Below, one piece after another: positions 27,401-60,669 of a stretch of 64,000 nt of DNA (positions within the stretch are counted from its first letter, which is position 1; each line of letters starts with the position of its first letter). Position numbers and translations under genes: made by a program. Under the pieces are notes generated by a model. The model was not told where the DNA came from. It searched no databases and saw only the letters and a list, made by a program, of their open reading frames with translations. Source of the DNA: Flaccisagitta enflata (Eukaryota); NCBI GenBank assembly GCA_965153355.1, contig OZ231126.1:3224001-3288000 (forward strand). Reading direction: 5' to 3'.

Positions 27401-28487
27401 TTTACAAACCTATCCCTATACATACTTATCCCTAAACTCATCTATCCCTATACCCACCTATCCCTATACTCACTTATCCCGATACTCACCTATCCCTATA
27501 CTTACCTATCCTTATACTTAACTATCCCTATATTTATCTATTCCTATATTTACCCATCCCTATATTTATCTATTCTTATATTTACCCATCCCTATATTTA
27601 CCCATCCTTATACTTACCCATCCTTATACTTACCTATCCCTATACTTACCTATCCCTATACTTACCTATCCCTATACTTACCTATCCCTATACTTACCTA
27701 TCCCTATACTTACCTATCCCTATACTTACCTATCCCTATACTTACCTATCCCTATACTTACCTATCCCTATACTTACCTATTATTTATCCTTATACTTAA
27801 CCATCCCTTACTTTCTTATCCCTATACTTACCTATCTTCATATTTCAGATGCCACCCCGAGTGCCACCCCGGCCACCCCAAGTGCCACCCCGGCCACCCC
27901 ATGATTTCAGGCCGTCTCTTGGCCACCCCTCCATGCTGGGGTGAGGGGTGGCAATTACATAGTAAACTTAAATCAGTACATTATAACGAACTTTAGCCGA
28001 AACGGATTATCGACAAAGAAGCAGGTCCTTAAGGCTGAAAAAATGTCTTAACTCATTGATTTCGATTATGTGAGGCCAAGGATAAGCGAATGGCGCTTAA
28101 TTAGCGATAAGCGCCTAATTACAGTTCAGCTCGTGCGAAGATTATCTTAAGATATAATTCGAAGGAGGCTGAGCGGAGAAAAGGCGATAAGGAGGCTACA
28201 GGTTGTGCCAGAAACTGTTTGCATCGACGAGTCTATCCTTCATCTTCGTCTTTAAGAACCAAGGCCGTACACACGTTAAGTGAGTAGTCGCTTGCGGGTG
28301 GGCAGGGGCAGCGATGCCGTTGGATGTGGGCAGTTTTACGTTTGCGAGGGCCGCACTTCTATAGCAGGGCAGGGGCAGCAATGCTCATTTCGGCCCAAAT
28401 TTCGCTTTTCCGATCTTCCCAGGGATACAGCCTCTTGCTCGGTCGCTTGGCTAGCGTCTAAAAACGCGTTTATTGAGGATAAAATAA

Positions 28488-49296
<20,809 letters not shown>

Positions 49297-49782
49297 CTTT
49301 TCTTTAAAGAATGTCTAATTTGTATATCTTTCCAATTTGATTTATAGTCGCGGGCAGGCGACTACACATCTTGCTTATTTGGTCAATCCGCCCATCCGTA
49401 ATATCTTTGAATTGCAAGTGAGTTTCGCATTATTGCCCGCGACGGGATTGCCATGTATCCGGCCTTGATACCATATTACCTGCCTTACCAAGTAAGGACG
49501 TACAGGATTTTCTGAAATTGTTAACCTCTGCTCAGGTCTAACTGTTGCAGTGATTTTCACGGTTATCCGCCGTTTCTCGGCACTGCCAAGATGACTTCTA
49601 TCTCTTCCAAAACGATATACAGAGCCAGGTCATTGTGAAGGAGAGACGAAGGGGACACTACTCCATTTGATCAAATTCCAAACGATCTCGATAATCTAAT
49701 TATAAAAAGTGTGTGTATTCAAAGGCACTGTCTGCGTTATCTTTTGAAGTTGTCTACTTCTAGAAATTGTTTTCGATGTTTT

Positions 49783-49788
49783 AATAAA
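49783..49788 (+). promoter_or_regulatory. Candidate polyadenylation signal of the 694-aa protein gene
   Basis: AATAAA about 490 nt downstream of the stop codon; positional inference only. Confidence 0.35.
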
Positions 49789-50044
49789 ATCCAACATGTA
49801 TGAAGCTGACAACAAGTAAACATGATCAAAATTCTCAAACAAAATGTTATGAAATATGCGTTGCAATAGTTGTGTTGTTTTTGTACGCAGCGTCGAGGTT
49901 AATTGGAAAAAGTAATTCGACTTTTTGAAACATTTTTTGATTTGTTTTTGTTGGAGAAATCTGGTTATTCATTTTCGATTTGAGGCACTTGGGAAAGTTG
50001 GGAAAGTTATATCTTGCCTGCGATAATACAAGTTTAGTTGAGGG

Positions 50045-50491
50045 CAGCGATGTATAGCAGCTTGAAGGTTAAGGACTTCACAGCTAATTCCAAGCACGAA
50101 AGCAAATCTAAGCATAATAGCTTTTTAATTGATTTTCTATGATTCATATGCATTCTAAGCCAATACTAAACAAAAAGTAACAAATAAAAGAGTGATTCTC
50201 ATCTAGACTGTTATTTCTTTATTAGATAGAGCTGTTTTTGATTGATTCATACAATTAAGTGCATAGTGCAAAAAAGGTATCTAGAAAAATTGTTAAGCAA
50301 GTAAGGGAAAAGTATACTAATCATCAACATATATCAATCAAGCCCTTTCCTCATTTTGTTTTGCAAACTTGTTTATTACTTCCCCCAAAAGATTTGATTC
50401 AAGAAATATTTTTCTGTTGTTCATTTGTATGTCTGTCTATCTGTTTATCTGTCTGTTCATTTGTCTGTCAGTTTGTCTGACTGTCTGTCAG

Positions 50492-50570
<79 letters not shown>

Positions 50571-50673
50571 CTTCCTCCTATTTTCACAACAAATTTTCAA
50601 GCCCGACAAACATTCAAACCCGACAGCGGGGACGTCATGTGATGTCCCTGAAGTCCCTTGCCATACATCGCTG
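50045..50673. mobile_element. hAT-like MITE, copy 2
   Basis: Near-identical TIR and similar body to 48331-48902; 8-bp TSD GTTGAGGG. Confidence 0.9.
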
Positions 50674-51097
50674 GTTGAGGGAACGCAACTATAAACGCCT
50701 TTGGTGAGTTGGACTTTCCGTCGTATCGGGCCATAACACAATTAACACATACATCACTTTAAAAGTGGAAAAATCAAAAATGAGTGTTCTAGATGTTTTT
50801 TAGTCGCGTGCACGCGACTCTACACCCGCTTTGTCCGTCGGTCGGTCGGTCTGTCACACTTGTTTTATGATTTTTAGTTTTGGACCTCACTGCTCCTGCC
50901 CAAATGGTCCAGTGCCTCAAATATGGCCCCTGCCCACCCACACGTGACTTCGGTAGCCGTGTATCCGGCCTTGTTGGGTATGTGTGTTGGTGGAGGAGGG
51001 GCTTGAAAGAGGGTTGGATGCCCCTGCTCACCCGTTCGCAACAATACAGTTACCCTGTGTCCCTCATTTTTTACTCGCAGCTAAAAAAGAGCTTAAC

Positions 51098-54006
51098 TTT
51101 TTAATCGCGTGCACGCGACTCTAGCCTGCTCTGTCGGTAGTTCGGTCGGTCGGTCGGTCGGTCTGTCGGTCTGTCCGTAACATTTTTGCTTTTTCGTCTT
51201 TTGGGTCGTCTGGAGTTATTTTGAGTCATTTTTTGTTGTTTTTTGAGAATTGTTGGTTTGCTTTTAGTATTTTGGTCATTTTGGTCATTTTGGTCATTTG
51301 GTCATTTTGGTCATTTTGGTCAATTGGTCATTTTGGTCATTTAGATCAATTTTGGTCGTTTTGGTCATTTTTGGTCATTTTTGGTAATGCTATCTATGTC
51401 TGTTTTGTCATTATCAAGCAATATTAATTCATTTCAAGTCATTAATTTATTTGGTCATTTGGTCATTTGGTCATTTGGTCATTTGGTTAATTGGTCATTA
51501 GGTCAATTTAGATCTAATTTTGGTCATTTTGGTCATTTTGTTAATTTTTGGTCATATTTGGTCATTTTGGTCATTTTGGTCATTTGGTCATTTGGTCATT
51601 TTTTGGTCATTTTTGGTCATTTGGTCATTTTGGTCATTTTGGTCATTTTTGGTCATTTTGGTCATTTTGTCATTTTTAGTCATTTTGGTCATTTTGATCA
51701 TTTGGTCATTTTGGTCAGTTTGGTCATTTTGAGTCATTTTTGATCATTTTTTGGTCATATTTTGATCATTTTTGTCATTTGGCCATTTTGGTCATTTTGG
51801 TCATTTTGATCATTTTGATCATTTTGGTCATTTTTGTCATTTTGGACATTTTTGGTCATGTTGGTCATTTTTGGTGCATTTTTGTCATTTGATCATTTTG
51901 GTCATTTTTGTCATTTTTGGTTATTTTTGGTCATTTTGGACATTTTTGCTCACTTTGCGTCATTTTGGCCATTTGGCCATTTTGGTCATTTTTAATTCAT
52001 TTTTATTTATGCTCCCTTTTTTGGGCGCGGCGAAAGTGGAGTGACCCTATCTTTTCACATAGGGAAAATTTCTCCTCCTCCTCCTCCTTCTTCTTCTTCT
52101 CCTCCTTCTTCTCCGTCCACCCACCCTCAAATCCCAGTCAGCCCAAATTCCCAGTCTTGAGGCCCAAGTCCCAGTATCTTAAGAGGCCCGTCATGTCAGG
52201 CCAGTCTAACCCTCAAGGCCTAAATCCTAGCCTGGGTTAAATTCTCAATCTCGGGCCCAAATCCCAGTCTTGAGGCCCAAAGTCCAACCTCAAGGCCAAA
52301 TTCCAGCCTCAAGGCCTAAATCCTAGCCTGGAGGCTGGGATCTGAGACTCGTGGCCAAGATCTGAGACCTCAAGGTCAAAATCTCAGCCAGGAGGCCCAG
52401 ATCCCAGCCTTGAGGCCGTCTCAGCTACTCAGGCTAGGTTGAGCCTTGAGGCTAGGATTTGGGCCTTGAGGCTGGGATTTGGGCCTCGAGACTGGGATTT
52501 GAGCCTCGGGACTGGAATTTGAGTGGGAGGGACGGAGGAGGAGGAGGAGAAGAAGGAAGGAAAGGGCATCCAGCATGTGTGGCATCGTCCTCGACCCGGG
52601 AACGCTACCTTCAGCCACAGCCTTCTTAGGCGAGACCTGGGTACCGTGACCATCTAACGCTTTTGCGACTATTGATCATTTTTGGTCATTTTGGACATTT
52701 TGGTTCATATTTGGTCATTTGGTCATTTTGGTCATTTTGGTCATCTTTGGTCATCTTGGGTCATGTCTTTGAGTCATTTTGGTCATTTTTGTGGTTTGGT
52801 CATTTTGGTCATTTTGGTCATTTTGGTCATTTGGTCATTTTTGGTCATTTTTGGTCATTTGGTCATTTGGTCATTTTGGTCATTTTGGTCATTTCGGTCA
52901 TTTGGTCATATTTGGTCATTTTGGTCATTTTTGGTCATTTTTGGTCATTTCGGTCATCTTTAGGCCTTTTTATTTGGTCATTTTGGTCATTTTGGTCATT
53001 TTGGTCATTTTGGTCATTTTGGTCATTTTGGTTAAAGTTGTAGTTCAAGTCTGGTTAAATCTGCTGGTTGAAGTTTGCTGGTTAAAAGTCTGCTGGGTAA
53101 AGTCTGATGGTTAAAGTTTGCTGGTTGATCTTTATGGTTTAAATCTGCTGGTTTAAGTCTAATGAGTTAAATCTGCTGGTTAAAGTCTGCTGGTTTAAAT
53201 CAGCTGGTTTAAGTCTGCTGGTTTAAGTCTGCTGTTTTAAATCTAATGGTTTAAGTCTGCTGGTCTAATGGTTTAAGTCTGCTGGTTTAAGTCTTCCTGG
53301 TTAAATGATATTAAAGATAAGTATGGTTTAAGTTTGGTTTAAGTCTAGTTTAAGTCTGGTTTTAAGTCTGGTTTCAAAAGTATGGTTTAAGTCTGCTGGT
53401 TTAAGTCTGGTTTACGTCTGGTTTAAGTCTGGTTTAAGTCTGGTTTAAGACTGGTTTGTGTCTGATTTATGTCTGGTTTGGGTCCAGGTTAGGTCTGGTT
53501 TAGGTCTGGTCTATGTCTGTTTTTTATCTGGTTTATGTTTGATTTAGGTCTGATTTGGGTCTGGTTTTGGTCTGGTTTGGTGGTATTGGTCTGGTTTTTG
53601 AGTCTGGTTTGAGTCTGGTTTGAGCCTGGTTTGAGCCTGGTTGAGCCTGGTTTAGTCTAGTTTTAAGTCTGGTGTGAGTCTGGTTTTTGAGTCTGGTTTG
53701 AGTCTGGTTTGAGTCAGGTTTGGGTCTGGTTTGGTTTGAGTCTGATTTTTGATGAAAAGATACAATAAGGTTTCATGTCTGGTTTATATGGTTTATGTCT
53801 GGTTTATGTCTGATTTCGGTCTGGTTTTAATTCTGGTTTAGTCGTTTGAGTCTCGTTTGAGTCTGGTTTGAGTCTGGTTTGAGTCTGGTTTGGGTCTGTT
53901 TTGAGTTGCGTTTAAGTCTGATTTTCAATAAAAAGAAACTGCAATGAGAGTCAGGTCAGTTCAGTTATTTTTGTCCTGCACGCGACTTATAGGTGTTGGC
54001 CTTGTT
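51098..54006. repeat. Satellite block bounded by HINE-like ends: (ttttggtca)n at 51269-51992 and 52672-53032; (gtctggttt-type)n at 53040-53925; nested family B element at 52017-52670
   Basis: Arrays read directly. Left boundary ttttt.atcgcgtgcacgcgactcta + (ggtc)n; right boundary gcacgcgacttataggtgttggccttgtt. Confidence 0.85.
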
Positions 54007-54445
54007 TCTTTCAAATGCGCAGAAGTCTCTACGATCAATATTTTTTGAGTTACGATTGAAATGAAATGAAACACTTGTATTTTACCGGGTATCCACTCTA
54101 CGCGAGTACAATTGATCTCTGTTTTTGATGGGTCACAATAAGCCAAGAATCCAATGTAAAGTATTTAAAACACAATGAATATAAAAAACAGTAGAATTAC
54201 AGCATATTTAGAAAAACGGAAAGGAAATTCTTTTTTGTTGTTGGAAGCTTGTGAAAGCTGTGAACCAGGTGAGAAGCGGTTTGGTTAAGATTGTCAACTA
54301 AAAAAGCGAATGTTTTTTTACACATTTTCTCGAAGATAAAAATTTTTCATTGTTCCTTTTTATAGGCCCTATGTAACAAGAAAGGAGAGTCAAGTTACGT
54401 TCATTGACTAGCTTTGTCATTAGCATTTTTGCTTCTTGCTCATGG

Positions 54446-54642
54446 TTTTTAGTCGCGTGCACGCGACTCTACACCCCGCTTTGTCCGTCCGTCTGTCCGT
54501 CGGTCTGTCACACTTTTACTTTTTTTATCAATTTTATTTCTTCAAGTCATTTTTAAGTCATTTCAGAGTATACAGAGTCATTCTAAGTCATTCTAAGTCA
54601 TTTCGTAAGTTTCGCACGCGACTTGGCGGTGTTGGCCTTGTT
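54446..54642. mobile_element. Representative short HINE/DINE-1-like family A element; related copies at about 5026, 8560, 10828, 15505, 38390, 38515, 41922, 44650, 50798, 56258, 60905 and 62598
   Basis: T-run + palindrome agtcgcgtgcacgcgact + (GTCC/GTCG/GTCT)n + inverted gcgact + ggccttgtt end, in T-rich sites with no clear TSD. This architecture matches Helentron-associated non-autonomous elements; the class call is inference. Confidence 0.65.
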
Positions 54643-55244
54643 AATGATGAACCAGCGGCAAAAGAGGAAAAAATTGTTTGGATAACAGTTGATGATTCAT
54701 TAAAATGTATGTTGAAGTAAACAATTCTGCATCCCTCATAAAAGCTTTAATTTGCACGATGGAGATACAGTGCAGAAAACAAATCATTTTTTGCCAGCAT
54801 TTTTGAAAGCAACTTTGGGCATCATCCCAGACGCAATCATCGAGGTCAAAATTTTTTTCAAAGGTGTGCTTGCTTTTTATTGATTTTCAAAAAGTTAGCT
54901 CCATATCTGTCTCGGTCTATCAAGAAAATTTTGAATTGTGACAGCTTGAAGGAAAACTAAATAAGTTTCCCATCCGCTTTCGCTTTTGACTGTTGAATTT
55001 CCGCGGGGTTTCCACAATGTTTGATTTCGTTCTCTTGATGACCAAGTCCAAGACATCAATATTTTGCTGGGAAAAAAGAGGGCCTAAACTGCGCTGGTCT
55101 CCTCCAATGTTTCAATTTCTGAAAATGAGAAGAAAAACAAAAGAAAGATTCGAAAAATAAGAAAAAATCCCAAGTTAACGACTTTTTTTCAGTCAGCGAT
55201 AGCCGCTATTTTCAGAAGCATTTTCCGAAAGATTGGGGCGGTCC

Positions 55245-58200
55245 CTATTGACAAGACGGTTTAAAATAAAAATCAACGCCTCTTTGGCCGCCTCCGCCCC
55301 CTCCTCCTCCGCCTCCTCTTTGACCACCACCCCCCGCTTCCTTCACCTCCCCTACAACCACTTCCCCTGGGCCGAGCAGACAAATTTCCACCACCCTTTC
55401 CTCCTCCTCTTCTTCTGTCACTCTTTGTTTTACCGGTATACCTGCCCCATTCTGGAGCTATGACGATCGGATTGGGGTAAGTTTCTCCGAGACTGACCCC
55501 AGCCGTCTCCAATTCCCGGAGCCCGAGTGTCCATGGACTGTGAATCTTGCTTCCACGTAATTCTGTGCGAGGAGGGGTGCCCTGCTTTGCATGGTTGTAA
55601 ATAGGAATGAGAGGTAGGGCAGCGGCCCCAAAGGGGACAAAGTCCTGTAGAACACAGGGGGACTTTTGTTCATCCGTCCGTTAGTTCATTCACTAGTCCC
55701 CCCAGGCCCTCTCAGGCCTGAAATCTGCCATCTCAGGCTTGAAATCTGCCCTCTCAGAAGCAAATCTGCCCTCTCAGGCTTGAAATCTGCCTACTCAGGC
55801 CTTGAATCTGCCCTCTCCAGGCTTGAAATCTGCCCTCTCAGGCTTGAAATCTGCCCTCTCAGGCTTGAAATCTGCTCTCTCAGTCTTAAAATCTGCCCTC
55901 TCAGGCCAGAAATCTGCCGTCTCAGGCCTGAAACCTGTCCTCACAGGCCTTAAATCTGCCCCTACTGTCTATTGTTACAAAAGGCCAAAAGTAGGGATCA
56001 ATGAAAAATATCAATTTTTGCGAAAATGCGAAGAAATAAAGAAAGATTAAAAAACTCAAAGCTCAAAAAGTATTGATCCTAGAGACTTATGGTTGGCGCC
56101 ATTTGAAAGAAAAAAGTCAGCTCTTTCTTAGTTGTGAATGTAAACAAATGTGTCATCCCAGGCGGGAAATTGCCTAACTTTCTTAATTTCCTCAAATTGC
56201 AAATAGAAAACCTGCTTTCTCCCCTACGTTTCAAAAAGTCGAATTACGTAATTCGACTTTTTAGTCGCGTGCTACACCCCAATTTATCGGTCTGTTGGTC
56301 ATCATTCGGTGGTCCGTCCTACTACTTTTTTGGGTTTTTGGGTTTTGGCTTCCTACCCAAATGATCTGGTGACCTCAATTACAGCCCTGCCCACCCGACA
56401 TGCGACTGGGGCCAAAACTGTGTATCCCATTTTGTTTAATAAAAGCAAGCGTCATAAAATTTGGAGTCAATTTACGTAACATATTTACTCTTCCCCATTG
56501 TTACATCAAACCAAAAGTTGGGATCAAAAAGATTAAAAAATCATAGCTTGAAAATAATGGATCCTAGACACCTCTGGTTGGTGCCATTTAAAAGAAAAAA
56601 ATTAGTTCTATCTTAGCTGTGAATATTAAAAGATATGTCATCCTAAGCGGGAAATAGCTCAACTTTCCAAAGTTCCTCAAATTGAAAATGGAAAACCTGA
56701 TTTTTCCTCTACGTTTCAAAAAGTCGAATTATGTAATTCAACTTTTTCCAATTATCATATTCGGCTGTGATTAGGTATGCTAGAGCTCAGGATAGGTCTC
56801 GTAGAACCAGGGATAGGTTTGATAGAGCTGGGGAATAGAGCTGGTCTATACCCTGCTATGTTGGTTCGTCTGTTGGTCAGTCCTGTTTTTACTTTTTGGC
56901 GTTTCTGAGCTTTTTGAGCATACGGCTCCTACCCAGATACCCTAGTGACCTTCCCCAGCACTGCTCCTGCCCACCTGCACGCAACTAGGGTAGCCGTGTA
57001 TCCAGCCTTGTTTTCTTCTTTCCTTCTTTCCCTAGTATCTTCCTCCTTTGTATTTCCTTCAGTCTTTCCAATCTCTCCTCTACTTATCATATACACACCT
57101 TTAAGCTCGGGGACCCAAGTTCTAATGTATTCCCCGTCTGGGTCGTAGTCAAGTCCCTGTTTGACCATGTTGAATTTTTGATTCTCACGAGGATCATTGC
57201 CGATGCCTGGAATAATAAATTCCATTTTGAGTTTAAGGAGAAATAGATTCACAATCCCTTTCATAACGCGAACGCAGCTTGACACACACAAGCCACATTT
57301 AATTTGAACACAGAGAATCTGGACACAGAGAATCTGGCTTAATGTAAGCTCTGGCATTCAACTATGATATCAGACCCTCATGTTAACATACAGACAGATA
57401 GACATACCGGCAGCGTAATTCCAGTTCCCGTAGTTTGAGCAAACGTCATGATCCAAGAGAAGAGATTCGAACCATTCCGCACCAAGGCGCCAATCCAGTC
57501 CTAAATCTTTGACGAGAAACGACGCAACATTTTGACGACCGCGATTTGACATCCAGCCAGTTTGCTGAATAAAATACAAAAATGTTTTTACTTTTAAAAG
57601 TTTCATGACAAAAATAGACAGGTCACGCAACAAGGTACATGAGGACAGAAAGGAGGACTGAAGCTTGATGAGAAATCGATTACCAGACAGCGCAATACGT
57701 AAATGAAAGGGACAGACAAGTCGATGTTGGGAGGAACAAGGCCAGATACACGGCTACGGGCTACCGCAGTTGCGTGCGAGTGGGCAGGGGAAATGATAAA
57801 AACTATAGCATTTGCGCAGGAGCAGTAGTGCAAATCCATCTGTAAATGTCCAAACAGCTAACAGGACTGATGGACAGACAAACTTAGCAGGTTATCGGGA
57901 AATAAGGCCAACACCTCTTAAGTTGCGTACGGTTGTCAAGATTAAAAAACAAAAAGTTAAAATGTAAGATGACTTAAAATGACTTCAAACAACCTTCTCC
58001 AACAGTGCTTCTGCCCACCCGCACGCAACTAGGGTAGCTGTGTATTTGGCCTTGTTGAGCCTTCCGCTCCTGCCCAAATACTCTGCTGACCTTCTCCAGC
58101 ACTGTCCCTGCCCATCTGCACTCGACTGGGGTGGCCATGTATCCAGCCTTGTTAAGTATTCTAGCTCATTCAGCTCATTTAGCTCTTTTTTTTCTGATTT

Positions 58201-60621
58201 TTAATGAGATGAAAAAAAAAGTGATATGATTAGTTTTTTAACATACAAATACCAAAACGCATGTCAGTGAACATCCAGTAATCTGTGTGAATGATTTTGA
58301 ATATTCTAGTTCATTTTACTCATTTGGCTCAGTAATATATTCCTCTGATTTTCAATGCAATCAATACATACAATTTCTCTAAATCAATTCCAAAAAATAA
58401 AAAAAAATGCAATGACTGAAAGTAAAAGTTTAATAAAAATAAACTAATGTTTACGACGTTTTTTCCTCACGGCGATAGCCGCCATAAATGGTAGTCGCAT
58501 GCACGCAACTAAAAAACGAGCACAGAAAAAAAATGAATCAGCAGAAAACGATAGCTCACCAAAAGTTCTCTCATGTTGGCATCTACGAAAGGGACACCAG
58601 TTTTGCCTTCACACCACGCCTTAAACATGTCCTTGTCTTGTTTCCATGGCAAAGACTTGCCCATAATTCCCTGCAGAATGGATAGTCAAGAATATTCTTG
58701 ATCTTCTGCTTCTTGACATGAACGGCTCTCCAGGAATTCATTTTAAGAATAATGCTAGATTCTATTAAGCTCTCCAACTGATAATACAGATTATCCAAAA
58801 AAAGTTAACAGAGCGGTAGAGTGAATATGTACCTCCAATTGAAAGACTGCATCTCCGTAACGCAAGCAAACAAACTTAAAGTAGTCCCGCCAAATGAGCT
58901 CAAAGAGGACCCAGTAAGTGCTCTGATTGGCGACTCGCTCAGTCTCGTAGCGCCGGATTTCCGCGTGAATTTGCCGTGGAGATAAACAGCCCAAAGCTAA
59001 CCAAGGACCAAATTTGGTAGAGTAGTCTTCGCCTGGGGTATGAGAATTGCACAATTCGTAACTTGGTCTATTGCAATAAACCCAATCCGATCCTATAAAT
59101 AATCCTCTACCTAAGTTCGGCCACAACCACCAAAGAGGCCCCATAAAAAAATGTATAATACAGTCATACAATATGCTCTCGAGTTGCGGATTTGCCCAGA
59201 ACCGATGTTGACCAGTGTTTAGGACTATTTCCTACCTAGCAGTCTATTGCGGGTCTCTTTGTAGGTGGCGATGGCATCTGATCCCCACAGATATCGCTGC
59301 AGACGATCCAGAGCCGCAGATTCACCGCCTGGGAAGGGAAAGGCGTTGGAAGGAGGGAATCGGGATTTCTCTTTGACGCCCAAAACAGCCATGGTTGGTA
59401 CCTGGAAAAGGATGGGAAAGGAAACAGGTGGAATGTACAATTACACCCCGCTATAAGTATAGCAGACAAAAGAGTAACAAAAATGTTTTTAGGAATAGCA
59501 AATCTCAATCCCATTATGTCATTTTTTTATATTGCTTGTAATGGCAAAGACAAGAATCCGCCTATAACAAATAAAATTTGATGGTCCCTTAACTAACAGG
59601 GTCCAGAAATGTGTAAAAAAGCGTGATATAATTTCATCCACCAGTCACAAGTCAAATCAAAGGGTGGAGAATCAGCTCAGTCCGTCAAAGATGTTCTCTG
59701 GTAAAGATTAGGGACCCCACAGCTGCATTTCTCAGGTCAAAAAACCACATGAGGTCAAAGTTTCAAAATGGGAAATTTGACTCCTTGCAAAAAAGTATCA
59801 AAAGAATGTCTTCCTTTGTTTGATTTTCCTATTAGAACATGGTCTTATTTGATAAAGGTCATATTTGGGTCAAATTTGCTCTTTTGTCTCAAATTTGGTC
59901 TATTTCAACGTTTAACAATTATTTTGACTATCTTCCAGATGCAATATCAAAAATAGAAAGACATTCTTTGGCAATTTTTTTCAAGGATTCTAAATCTACA
60001 ATCAGATTTTCAAATTTCCCATCATGAAATTTTGACCTCACTTGGCCTTTTGACCTGAGATGCAACTGCAGGGTCTAGACCAGAGAAAATTTTCGACGGA
60101 CTGTGTTGATTCTGCACCCTTGTGACAAGTGGATGAAGTTAGATCACGCCTTTTTTACATATCTGGGCCCTGTTAGTCCCTTGACATCCATCATTGCGGG
60201 TTCAAATTAATGATCAAAATTAGAATGAGCATTTGCAGAATAAAGATGTATCATCAAAGGTATACTATACATCCATGATACTATACATCCACGATTCTCG
60301 CCGAATCAGTCAGTTTACCTGTCCATGATCTAGTTCGATGGGGGGCAGAGAACGTAGCTTTTCTGGCATCGTCACCGGTTCGCGAATCTTTGATTGCGTT
60401 TCCACAGATTTTCGAAATTGCGTGTAAGTATCGGGAATTTGACTGATCCTGTTGGAAAGGAGAGAATGCTATGTGATTACCAAAATTGATCTAGGAATGG
60501 CAATCGCATTAACCCAACTAATTCAGCGATGTATGGCAAGGGACTTCAGGGACATCACGTAACGTCCCTGCTGTCGGGCTTGAAAATGTGTTGTGAACAA
60601 ATTTTGAAGGAAGGGAAAAAA

Positions 60622-60669
<48 letters not shown>

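Noticed and set aside
51221-53114. ORFs of FWS/GHF/VIL tripeptide repeats
   Set aside because: All three frames of the 9-bp satellite ttttggtca are open by construction, and the array lies inside a transposon-like element.
56240-56745. D-box-like TTAYGTAA motifs in the CRY-DASH gene (light regulation)
   Set aside because: They lie in the last intron, mostly within palindromic ends of a repeated element, far from the promoter.
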